A stretch of 64,000 nucleotides of DNA from Oscillospiraceae bacterium (GTDB taxonomy: Bacteria > Bacillota > Clostridia > Saccharofermentanales > Saccharofermentanaceae). Below the pieces are notes generated by a model. The model searched no databases. It worked only from the letters and a program-made list of their open reading frames with translations, and had not been told where the DNA came from. The translations under genes and the position numbers were made by a program. Shown here piece by piece: positions 39,535-49,339 of the stretch (position 1 is the stretch's first letter; each line of letters opens with the position of its first letter). The stretch spans positions 11,193-75,192 of the forward strand of contig CADAIP010000006.1 in assembly GCA_902787975.1 (NCBI GenBank), read 5' to 3'.

Positions 39535-39796
39535 AGGGGATTCTTAAAGATGCATGGATTTAGAAATGCTCCACAACGTGCAAAGATACTCGATGGTGAA
39601 TTGTTTGCTTACATAGAATTACAAGAATAACATTTTGAATTGTTAATGTTACGTGTGTTTCGGTCGCCACGCATTATGCCGAATAATAAAAACCCCCTTC
39701 TGATGTGAAGGAGGCTTGGTAGGAAAATATTAATAGTGATGATAGTTCCTTTTCCGGCTTATCAGCGATAGGAGTGTTGCCGGCATCGGTTGAACT

Positions 39797-39949
39797 TTAT
39801 TTTTGATTCGTTGACGGATAATCTCCTATAACTTGTCCGCCATCGTCATCAATGATTACATAAGGATCATTATCATCTTTTTTAATGATCCAGCCGCCAG
39901 ATACTTTCTCAAGTTCTTCACCGGATAATGTCTTCTTTTCGTCTGCCAT
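39797..39949 (-). CDS. 50-aa peptide with a double-glycine leader
   Basis: GGAGA RBS; MADEKKTLSGEELEKVSGG|WIIKKDDNDPYVIIDDDGGQVIGDYPSTNQK*; downstream hairpin plus Ts at ~39688-39718. Confidence 0.75.
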   Translation of the reverse strand: MADEKKTLSGEELEKVSGGWIIKKDDNDPYVIIDDDGGQVIGDYPSTNQK

Positions 39950-40087
39950 AAATAATCTCCTTTCGCATTTATATATTCAAATTATAAGAAAAAACAAATT
40001 AATATGCTGTAAATGAATTGATAACAAAAATGCTTTAAGGTGCAAGCTCGGCGCGTGCATCCTATGGTTTTGTGAGAATCTTTAGCT

Positions 40088-40807
40088 TCACCCCTTCCAC
40101 GGCCTTTCTTTTCCAAGCCATCCATTTGCTTTCCAGTACTTGAAGTCGGTGTATTCGGGATTGTCTTTGCCAAGGCCTGTCTGCATCTTGCGGACGATGT
40201 GGAACTTCGCTTTGGCAAGTATTCCTGTGCGGGCGGGTTTGGTGTAATCGATCTTTGCCATTTTGGTGCTTAAGTTTGTGAGCTTTCTTGTGATCTTGTT
40301 CCTTTTCTTTTCGGGAATTTTTTCCCACTTGATGTCGCTCATGAGCTTGAAGCCGCAGGTCTTGATGTAAGTGATGCCCCACCAGGAGAGTGAGTCCTTG
40401 ATGTCTTTGGCTGTGCTGTTTTCGCCCGCGCCTAAGCACTGGGTGATAATGACGGCTCTTTTGCCGAACATCTCTTTTGCGGGGCGGTGAGGCATCCAGC
40501 GGTAGCCAAAGTGATCGAGCAGCGCTTTCATGGCGCCTGTCGTGTGCATCACGTAAGCAGGTGAAGTGAAGACCAGGAGGTCTGCTTCAAGAAGCGCCTT
40601 TTCGATCTTCTGAACTTTCTCTGCATCTTTACAGAGTTTCTGATCTTTGCCGAAGCACTGGATGCAGCCGATGCAAAAGCCTGGGCCGTCTTTGGGAAGA
40701 TAGAATTCCGTGATCTCTGCCTTGCCTTTGAATGGTTCAAGGAATGTTTCTTTTGCCAAGTATGTGATGCCCTTTTTCTCGGTGCCGTTGATTACTGTGA
40801 TCTTCAT
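40088..40807 (-). CDS. NADPH-dependent FMN reductase/flavodoxin family protein
   Basis: 'FCIGCIQC', 'LVFTSPAYVMHTTGAMKALLDH'. Confidence 0.85.
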   Translation of the reverse strand: MKITVINGTEKKGITYLAKETFLEPFKGKAEITEFYLPKDGPGFCIGCIQCFGKDQKLCKDAEKVQKIEKALLEADLLVFTSPAYVMHTTGAMKALLDHFGYRWMPHRPAKEMFGKRAVIITQCLGAGENSTAKDIKDSLSWWGITYIKTCGFKLMSDIKWEKIPEKKRNKITRKLTNLSTKMAKIDYTKPARTGILAKAKFHIVRKMQTGLGKDNPEYTDFKYWKANGWLGKERPWKG

Positions 40808-41424
40808 TATTTTGTTCTCCCGTAATGTCTGTTGAATTGTATTATGTGTTCGTCTAATGTCTTGAGTGCTTCGGGCTCTCTTTCAGGATCCCTGTCGCAC
40901 ATCGTAAGAAGGAAGTAGATCGGTGCGTAGAAGTGGAGGGTCATTATCTTCACGTTGTCAGTGTGAAGCATTCCTGCTGCTGCGACCATTCCGAGAAGCA
41001 TGCTCTGGTATGAGAGCGGATCATCGACATAAAGCTTTGTGTAAATCCCTGCAAGTTCCTTGCTGTTGAACTGCTCGATCGTGAGCATCTTCCGGAAGCG
41101 TTTGTTGTAGTCGTCGTGAAGATAGAAGAGGAAGAATTCGCGTCCGAGTTTGAGAAGATTTTCTTCAGACATGTTCTGATATATTTTCGAATCCACGGCA
41201 GCATCGGTACCGCTGATCTGAAGTGCTTTGGCCTGCTCAGCGAATCTGGAATTCATCAGATCGATTATGGCGTCGAAAATCGCTCTTTTATTTTTATAGT
41301 GTTTATATAATGACGGCGCCTTTATTCCGACCCGCTCAGCGATGTCGCCGACAAAGACATTCGCGTAACCTTTCTCGGAAAAGAGTGTAAGTGCTTCATC
41401 AAGAATTCTCTGCTTTGTATCCAT
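40807..41424 (-). CDS. TetR/AcrR family regulator
   Basis: 'TKQRILDEALTLFSEKGY...IAERVGIKAPSLYKHYKNK'. Confidence 0.93.
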   Translation of the reverse strand: MDTKQRILDEALTLFSEKGYANVFVGDIAERVGIKAPSLYKHYKNKRAIFDAIIDLMNSRFAEQAKALQISGTDAAVDSKIYQNMSEENLLKLGREFFLFYLHDDYNKRFRKMLTIEQFNSKELAGIYTKLYVDDPLSYQSMLLGMVAAAGMLHTDNVKIMTLHFYAPIYFLLTMCDRDPEREPEALKTLDEHIIQFNRHYGRTK

Positions 41425-41455
41425 AATTACCTCTCGATCACCTCTCGAAAATGTT

Positions 41456-41504
41456 GGCTAATTCAAATTAGCCAGATTATAGCTAATCCAAATTAGCCTG
41501 TCAA
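41456..41504 (-). promoter_or_regulatory. Consensus sigmaA promoter with two palindromic TetR operators
   Basis: TTGACA (41504-41499), N17, TATAAT (41481-41476); GGCTAATTcaAATTAGCC (41456-41473) and AGCTAATccaAATTAGCC (41481-41498). Confidence 0.85.
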
Positions 41505-41523
41505 CATGTTTTGTTGTTTTAAT

Positions 41524-41559
41524 AAACCTATTGACTTAGTGGGTTAATGGAATTAATAT
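41524..41559 (+). promoter_or_regulatory. Rrf2-like sulfur box over the iscS promoter
   Basis: AAACCTA-TTGACTTAG-TGGGTTA; TTGACT-N17-TAATAT. Confidence 0.75.
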
Positions 41560-41593
41560 ACGTACGATAAAAAGCGAAAGACGAGGGAAAGAC

Positions 41594-42778
41594 ATGATTT
41601 ATGCTGACAACGCGGCAACCACTCCAATGAGTGAAGCTGCAATCAACACAATGACAACTCTTATCAGAGAAACTTACGGAAATCCTTCAAGCCTTTACGA
41701 GTTCGGCCAGAAGGCAAAGGAAGTATTGGAGCAGGCAAGAGAAGATACTGCTGCGCTTATCGGTGCTGATGCCAAGGAAATAATATTCACATCAGGCGGA
41801 AGCGAAGCTGACAACCAGGCGATCATATCAGCTGCAAAGGCAGGCGCGCTCAAGGGCAAGAAGCACATCATCTCAAGCAAGTTCGAACACCATGCTGTTC
41901 TTCACACATTGAAAAAGCTCGAGAATGAAGGATTCGAAGTTACACTACTTGATGTTCACGAGAACGGTATCATCGATCCTTCTGAAGTAGAAGCAGCCAT
42001 CCGTGAAGATACCTGCCTGGTAACGATCATGTACGCAAATAATGAGATCGGTACAATTCAGGACATTAAAGGTATCGGTGCAGTCTGCAGAGCTAAGGGC
42101 GTTATCTTCCACACAGATGCAGTTCAGGCAATAGGACACCTTAAGATCAATGTAGTTGAAGAGAATATCGACATGCTCTCAGCATCCGCACACAAGTTCC
42201 ACGGACCTAAGGGCGTAGGATTCCTTTATGCAAGAAAAGGCATAAGGCTTGCAAATCTTATCGAAGGCGGCGCTCAGGAGAAGGGCAAGAGAGCTGGTAC
42301 GGAGAATGTTCCGGGAATCGCTGCGATGGTTACTGCTCTTAAGGAAGAAGTTGCAAATATCGATAAGAACACAGCGCACATCCTTCCTATCAGAAACAAA
42401 ATAATCGAAGGTCTTAAGGAGATCCCTCATTCAGCATTAAATGGCGATGAGGAAAGAAGACTTCCGAGCAACGTTAACTTTTGCTTCGAAGGTATCGAAG
42501 GCGAATCACTTTTGCTCTTACTTGACGATAAGGGTATCGCAGCATCTTCGGGAAGCGCATGCACATCAGGATCACTGGATCCTTCACACGTTCTTCTTGC
42601 GATCGGCAGAGTACACGATGTTGCACACGGTTCATTGAGACTCAGTCTCGGCGAAGATGTTACTGAGGAAGAAGCCGATTACATCATTAAGGCTGTTAAG
42701 GAAGTTGTTGAATACCTGAGAGGTTTTTCGCCGGTATGGAGAGATCTCGTAGCAGGAAAAACACAGTTTATTTTATAA
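41594..42778 (+). CDS. iscS: Cysteine desulfurase
   Basis: 'YADNAATT', 'FHTDAVQ', 'SAHKFHGPKG', 'SSGSACTSGS'. Confidence 0.95.
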   Translation: MIYADNAATTPMSEAAINTMTTLIRETYGNPSSLYEFGQKAKEVLEQAREDTAALIGADAKEIIFTSGGSEADNQAIISAAKAGALKGKKHIISSKFEHHAVLHTLKKLENEGFEVTLLDVHENGIIDPSEVEAAIREDTCLVTIMYANNEIGTIQDIKGIGAVCRAKGVIFHTDAVQAIGHLKINVVEENIDMLSASAHKFHGPKGVGFLYARKGIRLANLIEGGAQEKGKRAGTENVPGIAAMVTALKEEVANIDKNTAHILPIRNKIIEGLKEIPHSALNGDEERRLPSNVNFCFEGIEGESLLLLLDDKGIAASSGSACTSGSLDPSHVLLAIGRVHDVAHGSLRLSLGEDVTEEEADYIIKAVKEVVEYLRGFSPVWRDLVAGKTQFIL

Positions 42779-42790
42779 GGGGGCATCAAC

Positions 42791-43168
42791 ATGGCTTTAT
42801 ATAGTGAGAAAGTAATGGATCATTTCAGAAATCCGAGAAACGTAGGCGTTCTTGAAGACGCAAACGGTGTAGGCACAGTAGGTAACGCTAAGTGCGGGGA
42901 CATCATGAAGATGTATCTCAAGATCGAAGACGATATAGTCAAGGACGTTAAGTTCGAGACATTCGGATGCGGCAGCGCTATCGCATCAAGCTCAATGGCT
43001 ACAGAGCTCATCAAGGGCAAGCCTGTTGAAGAAGCAAGACAGCTTACAAACAAGGCTGTAGCAGAAGCTCTTGACGGACTTCCGGATTATAAGATGCACT
43101 GCTCAGTCCTTGCGCAGGAAGCTATTGAAGCTGCACTTAAGGACTACGAATCAAGACAGGAAGAATAA
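42791..43168 (+). CDS. iscU: Fe-S cluster scaffold (IscU/NifU N-terminal type)
   Basis: 'YSEKVMDHFRNPRNVG', 'CGD', 'FGCGSAIAS', 'KMHCS'. Confidence 0.95.
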   Translation: MALYSEKVMDHFRNPRNVGVLEDANGVGTVGNAKCGDIMKMYLKIEDDIVKDVKFETFGCGSAIASSSMATELIKGKPVEEARQLTNKAVAEALDGLPDYKMHCSVLAQEAIEAALKDYESRQEE

Positions 43169-43189
43169 AGAAAATTTCCAATTCAAGAA

Positions 43190-43224
43190 TAACCTATTGA
43201 CACAGTAGGTTTATGTGGCATAAT
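43190..43224 (+). promoter_or_regulatory. Rrf2-like sulfur box over a sigmaA promoter
   Basis: TAACCTA-TTGACACAG-TAGGTTT; TTGACA-N16-(TGn)CATAAT. Confidence 0.8.
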
Positions 43225-43259
43225 AAGTCCATGCCATAGAAAATCAAGGAGGCGTAAAA

Positions 43260-43358
43260 ATGTTTAGGATCATGTGTTGTCGAATGCATTATACAAGGGC
43301 TGAATCGGCCATGGCGTTTGACTGCACGAATATGCGCCTTGTCGATGTACGATGTTGA
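43260..43358 (+). CDS. Cys/Met-rich leader peptide 1 (32 aa)
   Basis: AAGGAGG RBS; MFRIMCCRMHYTRAESAMAFDCTNMRLVDVRC*. Confidence 0.8.
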   Translation: MFRIMCCRMHYTRAESAMAFDCTNMRLVDVRC

Positions 43359-43384
43359 CTTCAATATAAAACATCAAACTCCAC

Positions 43385-43419
43385 AGCCCGGGAAACTCGC
43401 TCATCCCGGGCTTTTTTAT
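43385..43419 (+). terminator. Attenuator terminator of leader 1
   Basis: AGCCCGGGA-N10-TCCCGGGCT-TTTTTAT, 28 nt before the mccB-like ATG. Confidence 0.85.
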
Positions 43420-43446
43420 GCAAATTACGAAAAGAGGTAAATAAAC

Positions 43447-44601
43447 ATGACTTACAAAAGAAATTCTTTACTTATTCACGGCGGTATCGATGGAGATGAG
43501 ACAACAGGAGCAGTAAATGTTCCCGTTTACCAGACATCAACATATAAGCAGGACGGCCTTGGCAAGAACAGAGGCTGGGAATATTCCAGAACCGGCAACC
43601 CGACAAGAGCAGCACTCGAGAAGCTGATCGCAGATCTTGAAGAAGGACAGTACGGTCTCGCATTTGCATCAGGTCTTGCAGCGATCAACACAGTGCTTTC
43701 TCTCTTCAAATCAGGTGACAAGCTCATCGTATCTGATAACATCTACGGCGGAACATTCCGTATTCTCGATAACGTTTTCAAGAACTTCAATATCACATAT
43801 AAGATCGTTGATACATCTGATCTTGAAGTAGTCGAAAATGCTATCGACGACGATGTAAAAGCAATCTACATCGAGACGCCTGCAAACCCTCTTCTTACCA
43901 TCACTGACATCGAAGCAGTATCAAAGATCGGAAAGAAGCATAACAAACTCGTTATCGTCGATAACACATTCCTCACACCTTATCTGCAGAGACCTTTGAC
44001 TCTTGGTGCTGACATCGTTATCCACAGCGGTACAAAATATCTTGGCGGACATTCAGATACGATCTCCGGATTTGTAGTAGTAAACGACAAGCAGCTTGCT
44101 GACAGACTTTACTATCTCCAGAATGCGATCGGCGGCGTACTCGCTCCCTGGGACAGCTTCCTTATCATCAGAGGAATCAAGACATTGGGTGTGCGTATGG
44201 ACAGACATGTGGCGAACGCAGGCAAGATTGCAAAGTGGCTTTCTGAGAGTGGCTACGTATCCAAGGTTTACTATCCCGGACTTGAATCAGATCCCGGCTA
44301 TGAGATCCAGAAGAAGCAGGCTGACGGAGCAGGCGCGATGATCTCATTTGTTCTTAACGACAAGTACGATTACAAGAAATTTTTCGAGCAGCTTCAGCTT
44401 ATAACGCTCGCAGAGAGTTTGGGCGGTGTTGAGTCACTCGTATGCCATCCCGCAACGATGACTCACGCAGCGATCCCTGCTGACATCAGAAAAGAAGTCG
44501 GCATCGTTGATGAGCTCATCAGACTTTCAGTAGGCATTGAGGACGTTGATGATCTTATCGAAGATCTGAAACAGGCAATCGAGAATTCAGTTAAAGCTTG
44601 A
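43447..44601 (+). CDS. mccB: Cystathionine gamma-lyase/synthase (MccB/MetB family)
   Basis: 'YSRTGNPTR', 'ETPANP', 'DNTF', 'HSGTKYLGGHSD', 'AESLGGVESL'; paired with an MccA-like gene. Confidence 0.8.
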   Translation: MTYKRNSLLIHGGIDGDETTGAVNVPVYQTSTYKQDGLGKNRGWEYSRTGNPTRAALEKLIADLEEGQYGLAFASGLAAINTVLSLFKSGDKLIVSDNIYGGTFRILDNVFKNFNITYKIVDTSDLEVVENAIDDDVKAIYIETPANPLLTITDIEAVSKIGKKHNKLVIVDNTFLTPYLQRPLTLGADIVIHSGTKYLGGHSDTISGFVVVNDKQLADRLYYLQNAIGGVLAPWDSFLIIRGIKTLGVRMDRHVANAGKIAKWLSESGYVSKVYYPGLESDPGYEIQKKQADGAGAMISFVLNDKYDYKKFFEQLQLITLAESLGGVESLVCHPATMTHAAIPADIRKEVGIVDELIRLSVGIEDVDDLIEDLKQAIENSVKA

Positions 44602-44609
44602 GGTGAAAT

Positions 44610-45524
44610 ATGAATAACGTATATGACAATATCAGAGAAATGATCGGCAAAACTCCGATCATCAAGATCAATCACATGGGCGTCAAGCCCGGTGTAAATA
44701 TCTATGCAAAACTCGAATTGATGAATCCCGCAGGAAGCGTTAAAGACCGTGTAGGCGTTTACATGATCGATGATGCAAAGAAGAGAGGTCTTCTCAAAGA
44801 AGGCGGAACGATCATTGATGCTACCGCAGGAAACACAGGTATCGGAATCGCGGTTGCCGCGCTTAACCAGGGATACAGGGTAATCTTCACGGTGCCTGAG
44901 AAATTCTCTGTTGAGAAGCAGATTGTAATGAAGGCTTTGGGCGCAGAGATAGTCCACACGTCAAGAGAAGGCGGAATGTTAGGCGCGGAAGAAAAAGCAG
45001 AAGAGATGCTTAAGACGATTCCGGATTCCATTTCATTAAGACAGTTCAGAAACCCCGCAAATCCTCTGGCTCATTATGAGACAACAGGTCCTGAGATCTA
45101 TTCACAGCTTGACGGCAAGATTGATTATTTTGTTGCAGGCGCAGGAAGCGGAGGAACATTCTCGGGAGTGGTTAAGTATCTGAAAGAGCAGAACCCCGGT
45201 GTCGTAGGTGTTCTTGCAGATCCTTACGGATCAACGATCGGCGGCGGTGAGCATTTCGATTACAACATCGAAGGAATAGGCAACGATTTCATCGCTGACA
45301 CGATGGATATCACATTGGTGGATAAGGTCATAAAGATCAACGATGACGAGGCATTTGCAGCTTCAAGAAATCTCGCAAAGCATGAAGGCATCCTTGCAGG
45401 ATCTTCATCCGGTGCGGCACTTGCTGCGGCACTCAAGCTTGCGGAAGAAATCGATGAAGGAAACATAGTAACGGTTTTCCCTGACAGAGGAGACAGATAT
45501 TTAAGCAAAGGATTATATGACTGA
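44610..45524 (+). CDS. Cysteine synthase family protein (MccA/CysK-like; probable OAS-dependent cystathionine beta-synthase)
   Basis: 'NPAGSVKDR', 'ATAGNTGIG', 'GAGSGGT', 'IEGIG', 'GSSSGA'. Confidence 0.85.
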   Translation: MNNVYDNIREMIGKTPIIKINHMGVKPGVNIYAKLELMNPAGSVKDRVGVYMIDDAKKRGLLKEGGTIIDATAGNTGIGIAVAALNQGYRVIFTVPEKFSVEKQIVMKALGAEIVHTSREGGMLGAEEKAEEMLKTIPDSISLRQFRNPANPLAHYETTGPEIYSQLDGKIDYFVAGAGSGGTFSGVVKYLKEQNPGVVGVLADPYGSTIGGGEHFDYNIEGIGNDFIADTMDITLVDKVIKINDDEAFAASRNLAKHEGILAGSSSGAALAAALKLAEEIDEGNIVTVFPDRGDRYLSKGLYD

Positions 45525-46531
45525 TGGAAACGGTATATGAATTAAAAAACGTATCCAAGATATATAAGAACGACGGTAAAGAATTCACGGCGTTAAAAGA
45601 CGTAAGCCTTACGATAAACGAAGGAGAGATCTTCGGCATCATTGGAATGAGCGGCGCGGGCAAATCAACACTTGTACGTACGCTTAACAGACTTGAGGAA
45701 GTATCTTCAGGTTCGGTCGAGTTCTATGGAAAAGATCTTGCAACACTTAAGCCGGCGGAACTTCGCTCTGTGCGTCACAGCATCTCAATGATCTTCCAGG
45801 GATTTAACCTCGTTAACCAGCGCACCGTTATCCAGAACGTTGAACAGTCCATGAAGATAATCGGCCTTTCCCGTGCCGTCCGCCGCGAAAAGGCAAAGCA
45901 GATGCTTGAAGTCGTAGGTCTTCTTGAGAAGGCAAATGAATATCCCGCGCGTCTTTCGGGCGGCCAGAAGCAGAGAGTTGCAATAGCAAGAGCACTTGCC
46001 GTAGACCCGAAGGTGCTTTTGTGCGACGAGGCAACGAGCGCACTTGACCCGAAGATCACAAACGAGATACTGGATCTTTTGAAGAAGATCAACGAAGAAA
46101 GAAAACTTACGATAGTCATCATCACTCACGAGATGAGCGTGGTCGAGAAGATCTGCGACCGCGTTGCGATCATTGACAATGGTACGCTTGCTGAAGTCGG
46201 AGAGGTAAAAGAGGTATTCTCAAATCCCCAGTCGAAAGCAGCGAAAAAACTGGTCTTCCCGAGCAATCCTTTTGATCCGTCTGACGAGAGCGGACAGATC
46301 GTAAGGATCGTTTTCGACGGTACGCAGTCGAATGTTCCGTTCATTGCAAATCTCGTCGAAGAAACAGGTCTTAAAGTAAATATCTTAAGTGCAAATACAA
46401 GAAGTGTCGGCGGTATCGGCTACGGCCAGATGATCATCGAGCTTCCTGAGTTGGCAGAAGACCGCCAGACGGTCATCGACTTCTTCAAAAAAGGCGGACT
46501 GTCTGTATCGGAGGTGAACAGAAATGAGTGA
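45524..46531 (+). CDS. metN: Methionine ABC transporter ATP-binding protein
   Basis: [16 protein letters not shown], 'CDEATSALDP', C-terminal NIL domain 'VNILSAN'. Confidence 0.92.
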   Translation: METVYELKNVSKIYKNDGKEFTALKDVSLTINEGEIFGIIGMSGAGKSTLVRTLNRLEEVSSGSVEFYGKDLATLKPAELRSVRHSISMIFQGFNLVNQRTVIQNVEQSMKIIGLSRAVRREKAKQMLEVVGLLEKANEYPARLSGGQKQRVAIARALAVDPKVLLCDEATSALDPKITNEILDLLKKINEERKLTIVIITHEMSVVEKICDRVAIIDNGTLAEVGEVKEVFSNPQSKAAKKLVFPSNPFDPSDESGQIVRIVFDGTQSNVPFIANLVEETGLKVNILSANTRSVGGIGYGQMIIELPELAEDRQTVIDFFKKGGLSVSEVNRNE

Positions 46532-47177
46532 TTATATTAGAGATGCGATCATAACGGGTGTCTGGGAGACGTTTGTAATGACGTTCTTCGCTTCGCTTTT
46601 TTCATATGCGGTCGGAATGCCTTTGGGAGTCCTGCTCTATGCGACTTCAAAAGGACGCCTGCTCGAGAACAGGCCTGTTAACTTTATTATCGGAGCCATC
46701 GTAAACATCACGCGTTCATTGCCGTTCCTGATCCTGCTCGTGCTCCTCATCCCGTTTACGAGATTTATCGTAGGCCAGTCCATCGGTACCACGGCTGCGA
46801 TCGTACCTCTAACGATAGGCGCTATCCCGATCGTTGCGAGAATGGTCGAGTCCTCGCTTAATGAGGTGCAGCCCGGCATTATCGAAGCGGCAACTTCCAT
46901 GGGCGCATCGCCTTTATATACGATAATTCACTTTATTATTCCTGAAGCAACACCTTCACTTCTTCAGGGCGGTGCGATCAATGTGGCAACCGTATTGGGA
47001 TACTCTGCCATGGCAGGTGTTATCGGAGGCGGCGGACTTGGTGCGATCGCCCTGCAGTACGGCTACTACCGCTACCAGAAAGACGTTCTCTTTACGACCG
47101 TTACATTGCTGATAATCATGGTAATGCTTATTCAGGAGATCGGTATCTTCATATCCAAGAAGAACAGGAAGACATAA
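46524..47177 (+). CDS. metI: Methionine ABC transporter permease
   Basis: 'RSLPFLILLVLLIPFTRFIVG.SIG', 'YSAMAGVIGGGGLG'. Confidence 0.92.
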   Translation: MSDYIRDAIITGVWETFVMTFFASLFSYAVGMPLGVLLYATSKGRLLENRPVNFIIGAIVNITRSLPFLILLVLLIPFTRFIVGQSIGTTAAIVPLTIGAIPIVARMVESSLNEVQPGIIEAATSMGASPLYTIIHFIIPEATPSLLQGGAINVATVLGYSAMAGVIGGGGLGAIALQYGYYRYQKDVLFTTVTLLIIMVMLIQEIGIFISKKNRKT

Positions 47178-47282
47178 AAGGAACCGTAAACATAAGAAGG
47201 TAATATAATTCATTTTTGCACCTCCAAAATGCTATAATTTTTCTATCTGAACGATAGTCTGATTATTGCCGGGAGGTGCTAA

Positions 47283-48407
47283 ATGGATAAATCAAAAGTG
47301 TATTTTACTGATTTTCGTACGGGTCTTGGTACGCCTCTTACTGCCAAGCTTCAAAAGCTCATAAAGCTTGCGGGAATCCAGTCTATCGATATGGACAACA
47401 AGTTTGTTGCCATAAAAATGCATTTCGGCGAACTCGGAAATCTCGCTTATTTAAGGCCCAATTATGCCAAGGCTGTTGCCGATGTCGTTAAAGAATTGGG
47501 CGGTATGCCTTTCCTTACCGACTGCAACACGCTTTATCCCGGAAGCCGTAAGCATGCGCTCGAGCACATGGACTGCGCAAACATCAACGGTTTTAACACG
47601 GTTACTACCGGATGCCAGATAATCATCGCTGACGGACTTAGAGGAACTGACGACATAATCGTTCCCGTTCCCAATGGTGAGTACTGCAAGGAAGCTTACA
47701 TCGGCCGTGCCGTAATGGATGCCGATATCTTTATCTCCCTTACGCATTTCAAAGGACATGAACAGGCCGGATTCGGCGGCTGTATAAAGAACATCGGCAT
47801 GGGATGCGGTTCCCGTGCGGGTAAGATGCAGCAGCACCAGAGCGGTCATCCGCATGTCATTACGGAGCGCTGCAGAGGATGCAAGCGGTGTTCCAAGGAA
47901 TGCGGTTCCGATGCGTTCATCTACGAGAATGGCAAAGCAAGGATAGATCCCGCTAAGTGCAAAGGCTGCGGCCGCTGCATCGGAGCATGCTCTTTCGATG
48001 CGATCGAAAACGATAACTGGGATGCAGCATCGATGCTCGGTAGAAAGATGGCAGAATATACTGCTGCGGTTATCAGCGGCAGACCAAGTTTCCACATCAG
48101 CCTCATCACTGACGTATCACCGAACTGTGACTGTCACGGAGAAAACGATGCACCCATCCTTCCAGACATCGGTATGCTCGCTTCTTTTGATCCTGTCGCT
48201 CTTGACCAGGCATGCGTTGATCTTTGCCAGAAGGCTGAGCCTGTAAGCAACAGCCAGCTCGGAGACAATATGAGAAGCGCACACTTCCACGACCATGGGG
48301 ATGTATGGCATAACAGCAATCCTAATGTCTCATGGGCAGAAACACTTGAGCATGGAGAGAAGATCGGAATAGGAACTCGTGATTACGAGCTCGTGATCAT
48401 GAAGTAA
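47283..48407 (+). CDS. DUF362 domain Fe-S protein with two [4Fe-4S] motifs
   Basis: 'KMHFGE', 'TDCNTLY', 'CRGCKRC', 'CKGCGRCIGAC', 'SPNCDC'. Confidence 0.85.
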   Translation: MDKSKVYFTDFRTGLGTPLTAKLQKLIKLAGIQSIDMDNKFVAIKMHFGELGNLAYLRPNYAKAVADVVKELGGMPFLTDCNTLYPGSRKHALEHMDCANINGFNTVTTGCQIIIADGLRGTDDIIVPVPNGEYCKEAYIGRAVMDADIFISLTHFKGHEQAGFGGCIKNIGMGCGSRAGKMQQHQSGHPHVITERCRGCKRCSKECGSDAFIYENGKARIDPAKCKGCGRCIGACSFDAIENDNWDAASMLGRKMAEYTAAVISGRPSFHISLITDVSPNCDCHGENDAPILPDIGMLASFDPVALDQACVDLCQKAEPVSNSQLGDNMRSAHFHDHGDVWHNSNPNVSWAETLEHGEKIGIGTRDYELVIMK

Positions 48408-49309
48408 TGAGAAAACCTGCAATATTCAAAATCCTGATATTTATCGTTGCAACGGCCATATTACTGGCTTCGTGCACGTCAAAGCCTGTTAATTCCAAGC
48501 CGAACAGGACAGCGGTCGAGAACGAGAGACAGCTGATCAAAGAAAGACTGATCAAGATCGAAGATGAATATCCGCGATTTGAATATTCAATATCCATGCC
48601 AATAGTCGAGAAGACTGAAGGCCGTTCCAGGGATGTGGTTTTTTACCGCGATGGCGGAGCGATCTACGGCAGGCTTACCGTGCCCAAAGGTCAGGGTCCG
48701 TTTAAGACGATAATAATCGTGAACGGCCTTTATGCTCCGCTCGGAAGATATTCTGATAAAGCCGAACATTATGCCGAGCACGGATATGCTGTAATCGAAT
48801 TTCTCTGTCAGAATGGTACTCCTCCGGAAAGCGGCGATGATCCTGAGTGGCTCGGAAATTTTATTGTCGATCAGATCCTGGATCTTTATGCGGTAATCGA
48901 TTCATGCTCGTATTTCGCAGAAGTCGATACTTCAAACCTTTATCTATACGGACACAGCATGGGCGGCATGGTCGCATCTTATGCCGGAACGTTCAGACAG
49001 GATGATATCAAAGGCATGATACTTGTCGATCCGAGTTTTTATGCTCCCGACATCATGTGGTTCGAGAATGACATAGAACTGATCACGACTGATATCTATC
49101 CGCTCTTTAAGACCTGCAAGATCCCTGTGGCCATTTTTACGGGAACTGAAGGAAGCTTCGGAGAAGATCCCGAATTCTTCAAGCCTGCATTGGCAGCTTT
49201 CCCGAATGTGGAGTTCATCGTTATCGAAGGGGCCACACATACGATGGACGGAGTGGAAGGCGAACATCTTGTCGATCTCTCTGTTGAATTAATCGCTTCC
49301 TGGGGATAA
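48407..49309 (+). CDS. Alpha/beta hydrolase lipoprotein
   Basis: Lipobox 'LLASC'; 'GHSMGG'. Confidence 0.8.
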   Translation: MRKPAIFKILIFIVATAILLASCTSKPVNSKPNRTAVENERQLIKERLIKIEDEYPRFEYSISMPIVEKTEGRSRDVVFYRDGGAIYGRLTVPKGQGPFKTIIIVNGLYAPLGRYSDKAEHYAEHGYAVIEFLCQNGTPPESGDDPEWLGNFIVDQILDLYAVIDSCSYFAEVDTSNLYLYGHSMGGMVASYAGTFRQDDIKGMILVDPSFYAPDIMWFENDIELITTDIYPLFKTCKIPVAIFTGTEGSFGEDPEFFKPALAAFPNVEFIVIEGATHTMDGVEGEHLVDLSVELIASWG

Positions 49310-49339
49310 ACTCTTTCCAAACCCCGGAGGAGACTTCTG

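Noticed and set aside
39550-39630. 26-codon ORF MHGFRNAPQRAKILDGELFAYIELQE
   Set aside because: Weak RBS spacing and no recognisable motif; not supportable without a search
43356-43358. Selenocysteine or readthrough at the TGA ending leader 1
   Set aside because: The two sister leaders end in TAA at the equivalent position, so this is an ordinary stop
43225-43446. S-box (SAM-I) or T-box riboswitch before the Met/Cys operons
   Set aside because: The conserved cores (SAM-I ATCxAGAG...GCAACC; T-box AAGGTGGxACC) are not visible here or in the leaders at 53920-54134 and 54793-55072; the space is taken by leader ORFs
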